Assembly (NCBI GenBank): GCA_963753345.1
Contig: CAVWBU010000049.1
Span: 192,001-256,000, forward strand
Source of the DNA: an uncultured Fibrobacterota bacterium
GTDB taxonomy: Bacteria > Fibrobacterota > Chitinivibrionia > Chitinivibrionales > FEN-1185
Direction: 5' to 3'
DNA: 64,000 nucleotides
The position numbers and the translations under genes were made by a program. The notes beneath the pieces are model-generated. The model did not search any database. It saw only the letters and a list, made by a program, of their open reading frames with translations, and was not told the origin of the DNA. Within the stretch, counting starts at the first letter, position 1, and every line of letters begins with the position of its first letter. Of this stretch, positions 18,147 through 28,277 are shown piece after piece.

Positions 18147-18878
18147 TTATTTGCCCTTCTCCAGGCGCTGCGCGAGAAATGCGGGCAGGTTGTTGTCGAG
18201 AATCTTGCGTTGGGTTATGCTGTAGTCGTAGGGAACGCGCACCAGGGTCACTTCGCGTTTCTCCACGTCGTAGATCGCGTAGCAGGAGCGCGAATCGAAG
18301 TCGCGCGGCTGTCCCACGCTGCCCACATTAATGAGGTAGTAGTTCTTTTCGTCAAGCGTGATGGTGTGCTCGGAGTGCAGGATGATCTTGTCGCTTTCCT
18401 GGATCATGATGGACGGCCAGTGCGTGTGGCCGATAAAGTTGAGCCGGTACACCAGGCTGTTGAACGCCTCGAACACCGCGTCCTCGCTGTCGGGGAACAC
18501 GTAGATCCAGTCCTGGGGGTTTGACGGGGAGGAATGGGTGAAAAACATGTCGTCTTTCACTATTGTCAATTGAAGGTTTCTCAGGAAATCCTTCGCCGCG
18601 GGCGAAAGGTGGCTCCTCGTCCATTCCATGGCCGCGTAGGCATAGTAGGTGAACGTCTGAATGTCGATGCGGTTGATTGCGGCGTAGTCGTGGTTGCCTG
18701 CAACGCATTTGTCAACGTTGTCCCGCACGAGCTCGATACAGCGTTCCGGGTCCGGATAGTATCCCACGATGTCGCCGAGGCAGACGACGGTGTCCACCTG
18801 TCGGGTTTCGATGTCCTTGAGGACGGCCGAAAGGGCCTCGACGTTGCCGTGAATATCGGAGATTACCGCGTATCTCAT
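18147..18878 (-). CDS. Metallophosphoesterase (calcineurin-like, YfcE/MPP family)
   Basis: ISDIHGN, LGDIVGY, GNHD, GHTH, NVGSVGQPRD. Confidence 0.92.
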   Translation of the reverse strand: MRYAVISDIHGNVEALSAVLKDIETRQVDTVVCLGDIVGYYPDPERCIELVRDNVDKCVAGNHDYAAINRIDIQTFTYYAYAAMEWTRSHLSPAAKDFLRNLQLTIVKDDMFFTHSSPSNPQDWIYVFPDSEDAVFEAFNSLVYRLNFIGHTHWPSIMIQESDKIILHSEHTITLDEKNYYLINVGSVGQPRDFDSRSCYAIYDVEKREVTLVRVPYDYSITQRKILDNNLPAFLAQRLEKGK

Positions 18879-19087
18879 GGAATGGCTGTTTCTTTCAGGG
18901 AGTGCGATTTCTCTGATGAATATGCTAGATTATATTATTTTTGTTTTTTCGGTGCAACATAATTCTCCATTATGCGGCCGGCGGGCGGCGGCGGATTCCA
19001 TTCTGTCCAGGATCGACGGGCGCGGGAGCCCGCGCACGGGGCGCGCCGCGGTGCGGGGGCAGGGAGAAGCGGCGGGAAGGGACCAGC

Positions 19088-20137
19088 GTGACTGAAACGA
19101 CACGATTGCCAAGATCATCGGCTCCTCGGGTCGACGAATTCCGGCGGTGCATGACGCCGTCGTCGGCAACGCTGGTTCTCACGCACGACTACCCGGATCC
19201 GGACTGTCTGGCGTCCGCCTACGGCATTTCACAGCTGCTTTCGTTCTGGGGGACCCAGAACACCGTGATTTCGTTCGGCGGATTTGTCGGCCGCGCCGAG
19301 AACCGGGCCATGATACGGTTCCTCAACCTTCACACCGTGCCCTTTGTGCTTCTCGAGCTCAAGGATTTCGACCGCATCGTGCTGGTCGACTGCGTTCCGG
19401 GCAAAAGCAATGTCTCGCTGCCGGCAGGCAAGGCGGTTCATGCCGTTCTGGACCATCACCTTTCCGGCGCATTTGACAAGCCGCCCTGTTTTCACGACAT
19501 CAGGCAGGACATCGGCGCAGCGTCCACCATTGTGACGGAATACCTTCTCGCCGCACAATGCCCCATCCGCGAGAAACTCGCGACAGCACTCTTCTACGGG
19601 ATAAAAACCGACACCGGCGACATGGGGCGCGACTCGTCGCCCGAGGACCTTGCGTGCTACAAGCGCATGTTCGACCTCATGGACCACGGCCTGCTTTCCA
19701 AAATAGAAAATCCCGACAGGGACATCGCCTTTTTCAGGATGATCCACCGCGGGGCACAGGCTATCATCGCCTTCGGCCCCGTGGGGTACATTCCGCTCGG
19801 CCCGGTCGCCTCGCCCGACTATGTCGCCGAAATGGCCGATCTGTTCCACAGCATGGAGAAGATCGACACCACGGTGTGCAGCGGCGTATTCAAAAAGAAC
19901 GTTTTCTTTTCCATACGCGCCAAGAACCGCGACGAGGCGGGCATGCACGCGGAGAAGATCGCCGCGGCGCTCGGCGGCGGCGGGGGAGGCCACGGCAAAC
20001 TGGGCGCCGGAAGAATACCGTGCCCCAAGGGGCATGAAGAGGCGGTTGCCGCAACGTTCCTCGAAACGGTGAAAGCCGCGTTCAATATCGGGTCGGTCGA
20101 AGGCGTACATATTCTGGAGGAATACCGGCACAGGTAG
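19088..20137 (+). CDS. DHH-family phosphoesterase
   Basis: THDYPDPDCLAS, LVD, LDHH, GIKTDT, GGGGH; GTG start at 19088 preferred. Confidence 0.9.
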   Translation: MTETTRLPRSSAPRVDEFRRCMTPSSATLVLTHDYPDPDCLASAYGISQLLSFWGTQNTVISFGGFVGRAENRAMIRFLNLHTVPFVLLELKDFDRIVLVDCVPGKSNVSLPAGKAVHAVLDHHLSGAFDKPPCFHDIRQDIGAASTIVTEYLLAAQCPIREKLATALFYGIKTDTGDMGRDSSPEDLACYKRMFDLMDHGLLSKIENPDRDIAFFRMIHRGAQAIIAFGPVGYIPLGPVASPDYVAEMADLFHSMEKIDTTVCSGVFKKNVFFSIRAKNRDEAGMHAEKIAAALGGGGGGHGKLGAGRIPCPKGHEEAVAATFLETVKAAFNIGSVEGVHILEEYRHR

Positions 20138-20186
20138 CATGCCGCGCCGAAGGCCGTTTTTTGCACCATCAGCAGAAGGGTTTGTC

Positions 20187-21023
20187 ATGTGGGAATACAC
20201 CGACAAGGTCCGCGACCATTTCCTCAATCCGCGCAACGCGGGCGAGATCGAGAACCCGGACGGCCTCGGCGAGGTGGGCAACATCACCTGCGGCGACGCT
20301 TTAAGGCTCACGTTCAAGCTTGACGCAGAGGGAAAGATAAAGGAGGCGAAGTTCAAGACCTTCGGCTGCGGCAGCGCCATCGCGTCGGCGAGCGCTCTCA
20401 CCGAGTTGATAAAGGGCAAGACCCTCGACGAGGCGGCCAAGATATCCAACAGCGACATCGCGCAGTATCTCGACGGCCTGCCGCGCGAGAAGATGCACTG
20501 CAGTGTGATGGGGCAGGAGGCGCTCGAGGCCGCGATCGAATATTACAAGTCCGGCGGCAAGAAGACCGCGCCGCCCGCCAAGGAAGGCAAGGTGGTGTGC
20601 ACCTGCTTCAACGTGACCGACAGGGAAATCGAGCGCGCCATACGCGAGAACAAGCTGAAAACGATAGAGGACGTCACCAACTTCACCAAGGCGGGCGGCG
20701 GCTGCGGCGGCTGCCACGAGCAGCTTCAGGAGATGCTTGACAAGATCAACGGCACCAGCGCGGTCAAGACGCAGCCCGCGGCACGGCTCACCACGCTTCA
20801 GAAGATCGACCGCATCCGCGAGGTGATCCGCACCGATATTCGTCCCATCCTCGCCGGCGACGGCGGCGACTGCGAGCTCGTGGACGTGGACGGCAGCGAG
20901 GTGACGATCCGGTTCAAGGGCCACTGCAACGGCTGCGCGTTTTCCAACAATACGCTCGTGTCGGTGGTGGAAAAAAAGCTGAGAGAGAAAGTGGCGGAGA
21001 ATTTGAAAGTTAAAATGGTATAA
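20187..21023 (+). CDS. nifU: Fe-S cluster assembly scaffold NifU (three-domain)
   Basis: MWEYTDKVRDHFLNPRN, CGDAL, FGCGSAIAS, KMHCS; central CTC...GGGCGGC; C-terminal DGGDCEL...GHCNGC. Confidence 0.93.
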   Translation: MWEYTDKVRDHFLNPRNAGEIENPDGLGEVGNITCGDALRLTFKLDAEGKIKEAKFKTFGCGSAIASASALTELIKGKTLDEAAKISNSDIAQYLDGLPREKMHCSVMGQEALEAAIEYYKSGGKKTAPPAKEGKVVCTCFNVTDREIERAIRENKLKTIEDVTNFTKAGGGCGGCHEQLQEMLDKINGTSAVKTQPAARLTTLQKIDRIREVIRTDIRPILAGDGGDCELVDVDGSEVTIRFKGHCNGCAFSNNTLVSVVEKKLREKVAENLKVKMV

Positions 21024-21057
21024 ATAATAGTTTATAAATAGTAATACAAAACTCAAT

Positions 21058-21540
21058 TTATGGGGGGGGGGAGTTTACCCCGTCGGGTACTTCTCCCTCG
21101 TCAGGGATTTCCAAGGGTCACAAGGGTCGTCCCCCTCGCTCCGGCCGGGCCGCGCCACTTTACAAATCAGCATCCCACAGGCGCGTTCGGTCCTCCGCTA
21201 CCCCCTCCTGGGTGCACCCCTTGACAAAGTTGCTGCTAGACCATGCTCCGTTGCGAGGGCACCCACGGAGAGTTGTTGAATAGTTGAAACGTTGAATAGT
21301 TGAAAAGTTGAGGAGTTCAAAGAAAACCCCGTTTTACTCCTTGAGAATTCGGTCTAGCGAAAGTCCAAATTATTTCCTAAAAAGTCTTCCTCTGCCGCGC
21401 GTTAGGTGGACCGGAGTGGTCCCGCCATAGCGGGATTGCCGCCCGACCACGGCCCGAAGGGCCCTTGTGGCGGGCGGCAACGAGGCGAACAGCCGAGCCC
21501 GGAGGGAGACCGACCCGAGCGAAGCGAGGGGAACGCCCAC
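21058..21540 (-). repeat. Composite palindromic element (module X + 8-mer array + module Y); inverted copy of 25522-25975
   Basis: Shared blocks CCTTGACAAAG, GGCACCCACGGAGAG, (GTTGAANN)x6 at 21275-21322, CTTGAGWATTC, GCGCGTTAGG, GACCCGAGC...GGGGAACGCCCA. Confidence 0.8.
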
Positions 21541-21566
21541 CAGATTTAAACAAATATTCTATTATA

Positions 21567-24266
21567 TCAACTCATCTCAGAAATAATCTCCCTCAAACAC
21601 GCTGCAATCTGATCGGCGCTTGAATACGCAGAAATCTTCTTTGCTGTTATGAGGTCCTGGAAACCGAGCGGTGGCCCGAAGGTGATGGTGGGCGAGACTT
21701 TCTTTCCGGCAAACAGCCGGGGCAGACCTCCGGGCGGCCATGTATCCATGGTGCCCCGCACCCTCACGGGCACGACCGTGGCGTTGACGTCGAGCATAAG
21801 CATGCCGATGCCGGACTTGAACTTCCGGAGCTCGCCGGTCTTGGTGCGGCCGGTTTCCGGGAACACGAGCAGATTGTTGCCGTCCTTGATAATCGCGATT
21901 GACGTGCGGAGAATCTCGGCGACATCGCTCTCGCGCTTGACGCGCACGACATGCGCGCCGAGGAACGCGAGCATAAGGGGCGGCAGAACATCGCGGCCGC
22001 CGACAATAAACGTCTTCCGTCTCGCGCGCTGCGGGAGGGAATACATGATCCAGAGGGGATCGAGCGCGCTCTGGCGGTTCGTGCAGAAAATAAGCGGTTT
22101 ATTGAGCGGAATGTCGCCGCCGCCGGTCGAGGACACGTTCCACAGCAGGCTGCCCGCTGCGCGGGTGAGCAGAGGAAGCACCGTTGCGACTGCCGAAGCG
22201 CCCCTGGCCGGATAGACAACAGGGTGTTTTGAGCCCGCGATGCGCTGTTTGATGTCGGTGACCGATTCTTCCTTACAGTTTGGCGCACCTGCCGCAGAGA
22301 TCCGCTCCATTACCGTGGTGTACACGTCGCCGAGGGTCTCGATTTTGATAAGGTCTTCGTCCGGAAACGAGAAGCAGTACTTCCTCTCCACCATGCACAT
22401 GAGGTCGAGCTTCTTCATCGAATCAAGCCCGAGGTCCAGTTCAAGGTTGAAAAACGGGGGCAGTTTTGCCTCGCTGCTTTTGTTCGCGAGCTTTGCCGCA
22501 AATCCTGCGATGACCCTGTATTCCGCCGAGTCCATGAGGCCGGCATCCATTGCAGAGACCGCCTGCTTTTGTTTGCGGGCTTCGCCCGATTCCTTGAGCG
22601 AATAGTACAGTTCACGCAGTTCGTGCTTCTTGAGCTTCTTCGAGGTGGTGCGCGGCAGTGCGTCGTAGACAACCGCGAAATCGGTGATCTTCTTGTACGA
22701 GGGCAGGTCGCGGCCCAGGCGCAGAACCTCGTTCCGCACGATCTCCGCTGCTTCGCTTGTCGGGTATTTCCGCCGGATTTCCTGCGACGGCACGATCAGC
22801 GCCGCCGCGATCTCCTTGTCCTTGAGCTTAGCCGAAAACACGCCGATTTCCTCGATGACCGCCGAGGTGGAATAAAAATCCTCCAGTTCGTCGGGATAGA
22901 CGTTCTTCCCGCTGTCAAGCACGATGATGTCCTTGCTGCGGCCCACCAGGTAGATGAATCGGTCCCTGCCGAGCCTGCCGAGGTCGCCGGTGTGGAACCA
23001 GCCGTCCGCGTCGAACGACTTTTTGGTGAGTTCCTCGTTGTTGTAGTAACCGGCGAACACATTGGTGCCGCGGAAGCACACCTCGCCGATGCCGGACGCA
23101 TCCGGTTTGTCAATCCTTACCTCGTTTTCGTCGAGCGGAATGCCCACGCTCGCGAGCCGGCGGTCTTCGATAGGACAGAGCGTGATTGCGCCGAACGTTT
23201 CCGAAAGGCCGTATCCTTCGACGATATTGAATCCCATCAGCTTGAAGCCGTTGAAGACGTTTTTGGTGATAGCGGCGCCGCCCGAGATCACGATGTTCAG
23301 CCTTCCGCCGAAACTTTTGTGCACCGAGGAGAAAAGCCTCTTGCGGAACTTTTGCCCGAGCAGACCGCCGAGCGAGAACGAAAGAAACGTCAGAACGGCG
23401 AACATCGCGCGCACCGCAATGCCTTTTGACCTCACGTTCTGGTTGATGTTGTTGTAAAACACCTGGAGCAGCTTGGGGACCGCCGGGAGCATCGTGACCT
23501 TTTTTTCGCGCAGCCCTTCGAGGATGAGCGACCCCTTCACCGTGGGAACGAGCACAATGTCAAGCCCGCCGCCGAGGGCGCCGGGCAGGCAGGCGCACGC
23601 GCCGAACACGTGGTGCAGGGGGAGCACCGCCATCATGGTGTCGCCCGGCCCCGCCTTCATGCGGGGGATTGCGGAAAGGGAAATCGCGGTGAAATTACGC
23701 TGGCAGAGCATCACGCCCTTGGCCTTTCCCGTGGTCCCGGAAGTAAAGATGATGACCGCGACGTCGTCGGGATTGAATTGTGCCGCGAATGCGTCCTCGT
23801 CCGGGTCTCCTGCCGCGCAAAACGAGGCGAACGTCTTTTCCAATTCGGGATACGCCTCGTTGTCCACGACAACGGCCGCAATGCAGCCGAACTCGGAGCG
23901 CATCTCCTCGAACAGCGGGGCAAAGCTCTTGGAGCAGAACACGAATTTCGGTTTTGTCTGGGATACGATTTCGCGGATTTCCGCGGCGGGCAGGTTCGGA
24001 TCAATGGGAACGGTGCGGCCGCCTGCAAGGAATCCGCAGTGCCACGCGATCACCCATTCGGGCGTGTTGTCGCCGATCACCGCGAGCGTGTCGCGGCTTG
24101 AGTAGCCGCGTTTCTTGAGCGCAGAAACCAGGCGGTTAAGGTCCCTGTGGAAATCCGCATAGGTCCATGTACGCCATGCGCCCCCGCGCTTAAAGTGCAT
24201 GCACGGACGGTCTGCGTTGTCGATGATGGATTTTTGAAGAAGGTCAGCGTAGACATGCTTGTTCAT
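21567..24266 (-). CDS. Long-chain acyl-CoA/ACP synthetase fused to a carrier (ACP) domain and an LPLAT acyltransferase domain
   Basis: FTSGTTGKAKG, EGYGLSE, FHTGDLG, SGKNVYPDELE; LGLDSM (phosphopantetheine Ser); NRQSALD and FPETGRT. Confidence 0.9.
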   Translation of the reverse strand: MNKHVYADLLQKSIIDNADRPCMHFKRGGAWRTWTYADFHRDLNRLVSALKKRGYSSRDTLAVIGDNTPEWVIAWHCGFLAGGRTVPIDPNLPAAEIREIVSQTKPKFVFCSKSFAPLFEEMRSEFGCIAAVVVDNEAYPELEKTFASFCAAGDPDEDAFAAQFNPDDVAVIIFTSGTTGKAKGVMLCQRNFTAISLSAIPRMKAGPGDTMMAVLPLHHVFGACACLPGALGGGLDIVLVPTVKGSLILEGLREKKVTMLPAVPKLLQVFYNNINQNVRSKGIAVRAMFAVLTFLSFSLGGLLGQKFRKRLFSSVHKSFGGRLNIVISGGAAITKNVFNGFKLMGFNIVEGYGLSETFGAITLCPIEDRRLASVGIPLDENEVRIDKPDASGIGEVCFRGTNVFAGYYNNEELTKKSFDADGWFHTGDLGRLGRDRFIYLVGRSKDIIVLDSGKNVYPDELEDFYSTSAVIEEIGVFSAKLKDKEIAAALIVPSQEIRRKYPTSEAAEIVRNEVLRLGRDLPSYKKITDFAVVYDALPRTTSKKLKKHELRELYYSLKESGEARKQKQAVSAMDAGLMDSAEYRVIAGFAAKLANKSSEAKLPPFFNLELDLGLDSMKKLDLMCMVERKYCFSFPDEDLIKIETLGDVYTTVMERISAAGAPNCKEESVTDIKQRIAGSKHPVVYPARGASAVATVLPLLTRAAGSLLWNVSSTGGGDIPLNKPLIFCTNRQSALDPLWIMYSLPQRARRKTFIVGGRDVLPPLMLAFLGAHVVRVKRESDVAEILRTSIAIIKDGNNLLVFPETGRTKTGELRKFKSGIGMLMLDVNATVVPVRVRGTMDTWPPGGLPRLFAGKKVSPTITFGPPLGFQDLITAKKISAYSSADQIAACLREIISEMS

Positions 24267-25493
24267 GCAGGGCTCCGGTGTCCGGTTTCCTTAACAAACA
24301 GGGCGACAATGACAAGTGCGATTCCGCTCATGCACGATCCGAAAATAAAAGGGGCCGCGGGCGAGTGGGAGAAAAGAAACCCCGCGATCACGCTCGCGGG
24401 AAGAAGGCCGATGCCGACGATGGTGTAAAAGAACCCGAGCGCGGTGGCCTTGGATTCTTTGGGCGACAGATCGCCCACGAATGCTTTCTCCACGCCTTCG
24501 GTCATGGCGTAATAGATGCCGTAGATGATCCAGGAGATCCACAGCACCCACGAATGGTCCTTCGTAATGAGGCCGAACGAGCAGTACACGGCGGCGTACA
24601 GGGCGTATCCGGCAATTAGAATCTTTCTGCGGCCGACCTTGTCCGAAAGCCCGCCGAAGAAGCGGGACAGGACGGTTGACGAGAGGTTGAAAAGCAGGTA
24701 CATGAGGATCACGCCCGGAAGAGCGATGCCGAGGTTCATGCTGCGCAGAAAAAGAAACTGGTTTGACGAATTGCCCAAAGTAAAGAAGCATTGCGCAAGG
24801 AAGAAAAGTCTGAGGTTCCGGTCGTATTTCCTGAGGTCGAGGTTCGGCACCGGCTTTTGGGACGGTCCTTCTGACGCTGTTAAAGGGCGCGTTTCCTTGA
24901 CAAAAAACAAGAACACCACGCCGATAAACGCCGGGACAACAGAAACAGCGAACAGAAGGTAGAATGCATTGAGGTCCCTGAGCGTTTTCGAAACCGGGTC
25001 AAGAAATTGCAGGCAGACAAGCCAGCACACAGCAACGCCGAGCGTGGCGCCGGCAAAGTCCATTCCCCGCTGAAACCCGAATGCCGCGCCCTGACGGCCC
25101 TGCTCGGTTGATTCATAGATGAGCGCATCGCGCGGCGCGGTGCGGATTCCTTTCCCGACCCTGTCGAAGAAACGCGAGATAAGCACAAACCACCAGCCGA
25201 ACGACGCTAGGAAAAGGAGCAGCTTGGACAGCGCCGAAAGCGCGTATCCGGCAATAGTCGGAGCTTTACGGAGGCGAATCCGGTCCGAGTAGTATCCCGC
25301 AAGGATCTTGAGCAGGCTCGCGGTTGATTCTGCCACGCCCTCGATGATGCCGAGCGCCGGCCCCACGAGCGCCTTCTGCGAAGCGAGCACCGTTGACACG
25401 AACGCCTGGATAAGCGGATACAGCATCTCGGACGAGACGTCGGTGAAGAAGGACGTAAGGCCGGTGAGGATGACGTTTCGGTTGTAATTTCAT
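24263..25493 (-). CDS. MFS transporter; +1 indel just after the start codon
   Basis: Frame upstream of the ORF-track start reads NRNVILTGLTSFFTDVSSEMLYP; DRVGKGIRTAPRDALI; GGLSDKVGRR; many hydrophobic segments. Confidence 0.88.
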
Positions 25494-25521
25494 AGCCATA
25501 ATTAGTATTTAGTAAAGAAGC

Positions 25522-25975
25522 TGGGCGTTCCCCTCGCCTTCGGTAAGCACTCAGGCTCGGGTCGGTTCTCCTTCCGGTCCACCCCTTCGGGTGCTTCCAA
25601 GGGTCGTCGGCCTCCGGCCTCGGGCTGCCTGTCCCAACCGCCTTCGGCTAGGGATCAGGCAGCACCGCGCTCCGGCTCGGCCTCCAGTCGCCCCTAACGC
25701 GCGCATACCGTGGTTATCATCAGTCAACTACTTCTTCTCGCGCCAATCGGAATACTCAAGAAATTATCAAACATCTTTTCTTCCATTTCTCAACCTCTCA
25801 ACTTATCAACTCTTCAACGTTTCAACTATTCAACTTTTCAACTGCTCTCCGTGGGTGCCGCCGCAGCAATGTATGGTCTTGCAGCTACTTTGTCAAGGCG
25901 GCCACCCTGGAGAGGGGAGTGCCGAGGACGGCGTCAGCTGGCCGAGGCCGGGGGAGATACTTCTCCCCCAAAACT
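25522..25975 (+). repeat. Composite palindromic element (module Y + 8-mer array + module X)
   Basis: TGGGCGTTCCCC...CCTAACGCGCG; (NNNTCAAC)x7 at 25787-25842; CTCTCCGTGGGTGCC...CTTTGTCAAGG...GGGGAGATACTTCTCCCCC. Confidence 0.8.
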
Positions 25976-25978
25976 TTA

Positions 25979-26899
25979 TTATTCCGGATGGTATTCTAGT
26001 AGCGTCTTTACATGAGCGCACACCGCCCCCGCAAGGTCTTCCGGTGTGTAGCCGCCTTCGAGCACCGAAACTATTCTGTCATTGGAATGTGTATGTGCGA
26101 TGTCCATCACGATTCTTGTCAGATGCGCAAACCCCTCGTCCGATAGGACAAAACAGCCGAGCTTGTCGTTCGCATGGCCGTCGAATCCCGCGGAAACGAA
26201 TACAAAGTCAGGCTTGAACCCGTTCGCCCGCGGAACGAGCATGTCGGTGAATACCTTGACAAAATCCTCATCACCGGAGCCGGCCGGCATGTGCACGTTG
26301 ATGTTGAAGCCGCGACCGGCGCCTTCGCCTTCACGTTCGGGAAATCCGGTGCCTGGGTAGGCGAGCGCGTAGTGCGTGGAAAAATAAAGCACGGTCGGGT
26401 CTGTGTAGAATGCGGCCTCGGTGCCGTTTCCATGGTGAAAGTCCCAGTCGACAATGAGGATCTTCGGTTTTTTGCAGACTTCCTGAGCGTATCTCGCGGC
26501 GATCGCTACGTTGTTGTAGAAACAGAAACCTTCCTCCTGCCCCGTGTTGAGCGCATGATGCCCGGGCGGCCGCATGGCGCAGAACGCGTTGCGCGCTGTG
26601 CCTTCGCACACGGCCTTGACGGCCGCGAGCGCGCCGCCCACGGCAAGCTCGGCAATCGGGCCGATGGTTCTTATCCCTTGGATGGATTTGACATGCGCAT
26701 CGGAATGGATTTTTCGGATGTGCGGAACGACGTTGGCAAGCGGGAAGAGCCTGATAACCTGTTTGTCAAGCCCGGTCTCGGCCATTTTCGCCTTGATCGC
26801 CGCCAGACGCTCCGGGCTTTCCGGATGGCCAAAGTCAAGCTCGTAGCCCATGCAGGCGTCTTCGAACACGTAACCGGTTATGTGAGCGGATTTTGACAT
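25979..26899 (-). CDS. Histone deacetylase-family amidohydrolase
   Basis: HPESPERL, RPPGHHA, GFCFYNN, DWDFHHGNGT, SAGFD, LEGGY. Confidence 0.93.
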   Translation of the reverse strand: MSKSAHITGYVFEDACMGYELDFGHPESPERLAAIKAKMAETGLDKQVIRLFPLANVVPHIRKIHSDAHVKSIQGIRTIGPIAELAVGGALAAVKAVCEGTARNAFCAMRPPGHHALNTGQEEGFCFYNNVAIAARYAQEVCKKPKILIVDWDFHHGNGTEAAFYTDPTVLYFSTHYALAYPGTGFPEREGEGAGRGFNINVHMPAGSGDEDFVKVFTDMLVPRANGFKPDFVFVSAGFDGHANDKLGCFVLSDEGFAHLTRIVMDIAHTHSNDRIVSVLEGGYTPEDLAGAVCAHVKTLLEYHPE

Positions 26900-26933
26900 A
26901 AGGGTATCCTGCTAAGATGCCTTGTAGTATTGT

Positions 26934-26960
26934 TGAACTAAAAATAATGTTTAGGCGACT
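26934..26960 (+). promoter_or_regulatory. Shared ECF-type promoter motif, copy 1
   Basis: TGAAC-N16-GCGACT; identical spacing at 32032, 36090 and 41070. Confidence 0.75.
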
Positions 26961-27033
26961 ATCCAATTGCATAAATGAACTCGGGAAAGTACTGTTGAAA
27001 GCCCATAAAAGATCCGACAACAAAGAAGGCCGC

Positions 27034-28254
27034 ATGAGAAAAACGATTGTTTTGACGGCAGCAGCTGTTTTGTTATGTTTCACCTGGCGGGTTAATGCGG
27101 ACACGCCGCTGCGTCTCATGCTTGAGGTTGAGCCGGTAGTCGATACGATGACAGCCGGTGATTCCGCCACGTTTACTGGAACGGTCATTGACAATATGGA
27201 CGTAATCCATCACGAGTTCGACACGTGCATTCATTGGAGCATGCAGCCTGCAGATAGCAAGAGCAGGCTCAGCACTACCACCGGCAGCCAAGTTACCTAT
27301 TATGCTATTGAGGCTTACCAGCGGAATTTTATCGTCACCAGTTTTACAGATCCGGCTTCCGGCAGAACGCTTGTCAGTGCCGATACGATTTATGTCAAAC
27401 CAGGCATGGCGTATCGCGAATTCATTGAGCGGTATCCCCTTAGCGGCCTCTCATCGTTATCCGCTCCGATGGACTCCATTGTGCTGTCGCCGCCCACCGA
27501 CACTCTGAGGGAGATTGCCGCGGTATTCCGTGACAAGTATGGTAATTTCCTTGGCTTCGACTCCGGCGTGACGTGGCAGGTGCCGAATGACAGCGGCATT
27601 ATCAGGATAGAAACACCGCCGGACACGCCGTATGTCTGCCGCATCGAATCGAGGAAGTCCGGAGTGACGTATGTCGTGTGCAGGAAGGCCGGCTTGACAA
27701 TAGGGACGATGAAGGTGATGGTACGGACCGGCAGCCCCGCTCCGAACCCCGACATTGTGAAGGTCAGGGTGATTAATGCCTTAACCGACGTGCCGGTTGA
27801 TTCCGTTGTCCTGATTCTCGGTCAGAACATCACGTTGCAATTGCAGGGGGTGTTGTATCCCGACTCCGCCACCTGGGTTGATATCTATGGAACTTGGGTG
27901 TTCGATCCTCACATTCCATCCATGGACCAGCTTCCACTCAGTTACAGTTTCATTACTTTCAGCGCGACAGACACGGGATCGTGGACGCTTTCCATTCTTG
28001 TTCCGTCTGCCGCGCAGGGAGCCGCGGTCGGGCCGATTCACCTCCGGGTGGTGCAGAACAGCAACAAGGTCATCAATCAATACCATCAATTGACAATAGG
28101 ACAAAAACAGGTTGTCCGCGAATACTATAGCCTTCGCGGACAGAAACTGCCCTTTTACGGCGTCGGCCATGCTGAGGGGATTGTTTTGGAGCGAATCATT
28201 CAATCTGATGGAAAGTCAACAATCAGGAAATCGATTAACAAAAGTACGTTTTGA
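27034..28254 (+). CDS. Secreted Ig-like stalk protein related to the fibro-slime proteins but lacking the fibro-slime head
   Basis: Signal peptide; DTIYVKPG, AVFRDKYGNF and LQLQG motifs shared with neighbours; C-terminal YYSLRGQKL domain. Confidence 0.75.
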   Translation: MRKTIVLTAAAVLLCFTWRVNADTPLRLMLEVEPVVDTMTAGDSATFTGTVIDNMDVIHHEFDTCIHWSMQPADSKSRLSTTTGSQVTYYAIEAYQRNFIVTSFTDPASGRTLVSADTIYVKPGMAYREFIERYPLSGLSSLSAPMDSIVLSPPTDTLREIAAVFRDKYGNFLGFDSGVTWQVPNDSGIIRIETPPDTPYVCRIESRKSGVTYVVCRKAGLTIGTMKVMVRTGSPAPNPDIVKVRVINALTDVPVDSVVLILGQNITLQLQGVLYPDSATWVDIYGTWVFDPHIPSMDQLPLSYSFITFSATDTGSWTLSILVPSAAQGAAVGPIHLRVVQNSNKVINQYHQLTIGQKQVVREYYSLRGQKLPFYGVGHAEGIVLERIIQSDGKSTIRKSINKSTF

Positions 28255-28277
28255 TAAGACCAGGCAGGAGGCGCTGC

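Noticed and set aside
21275-21322. 8-bp repeats (also 25787-25842) as a CRISPR array
   Set aside because: Units are 8 bp with no spacers, and there are no cas genes.
25591-26217. ORFs 25591-26217 and 25710-26015
   Set aside because: They translate repeat DNA and the antisense strand of the deacetylase gene, with no protein-like features.
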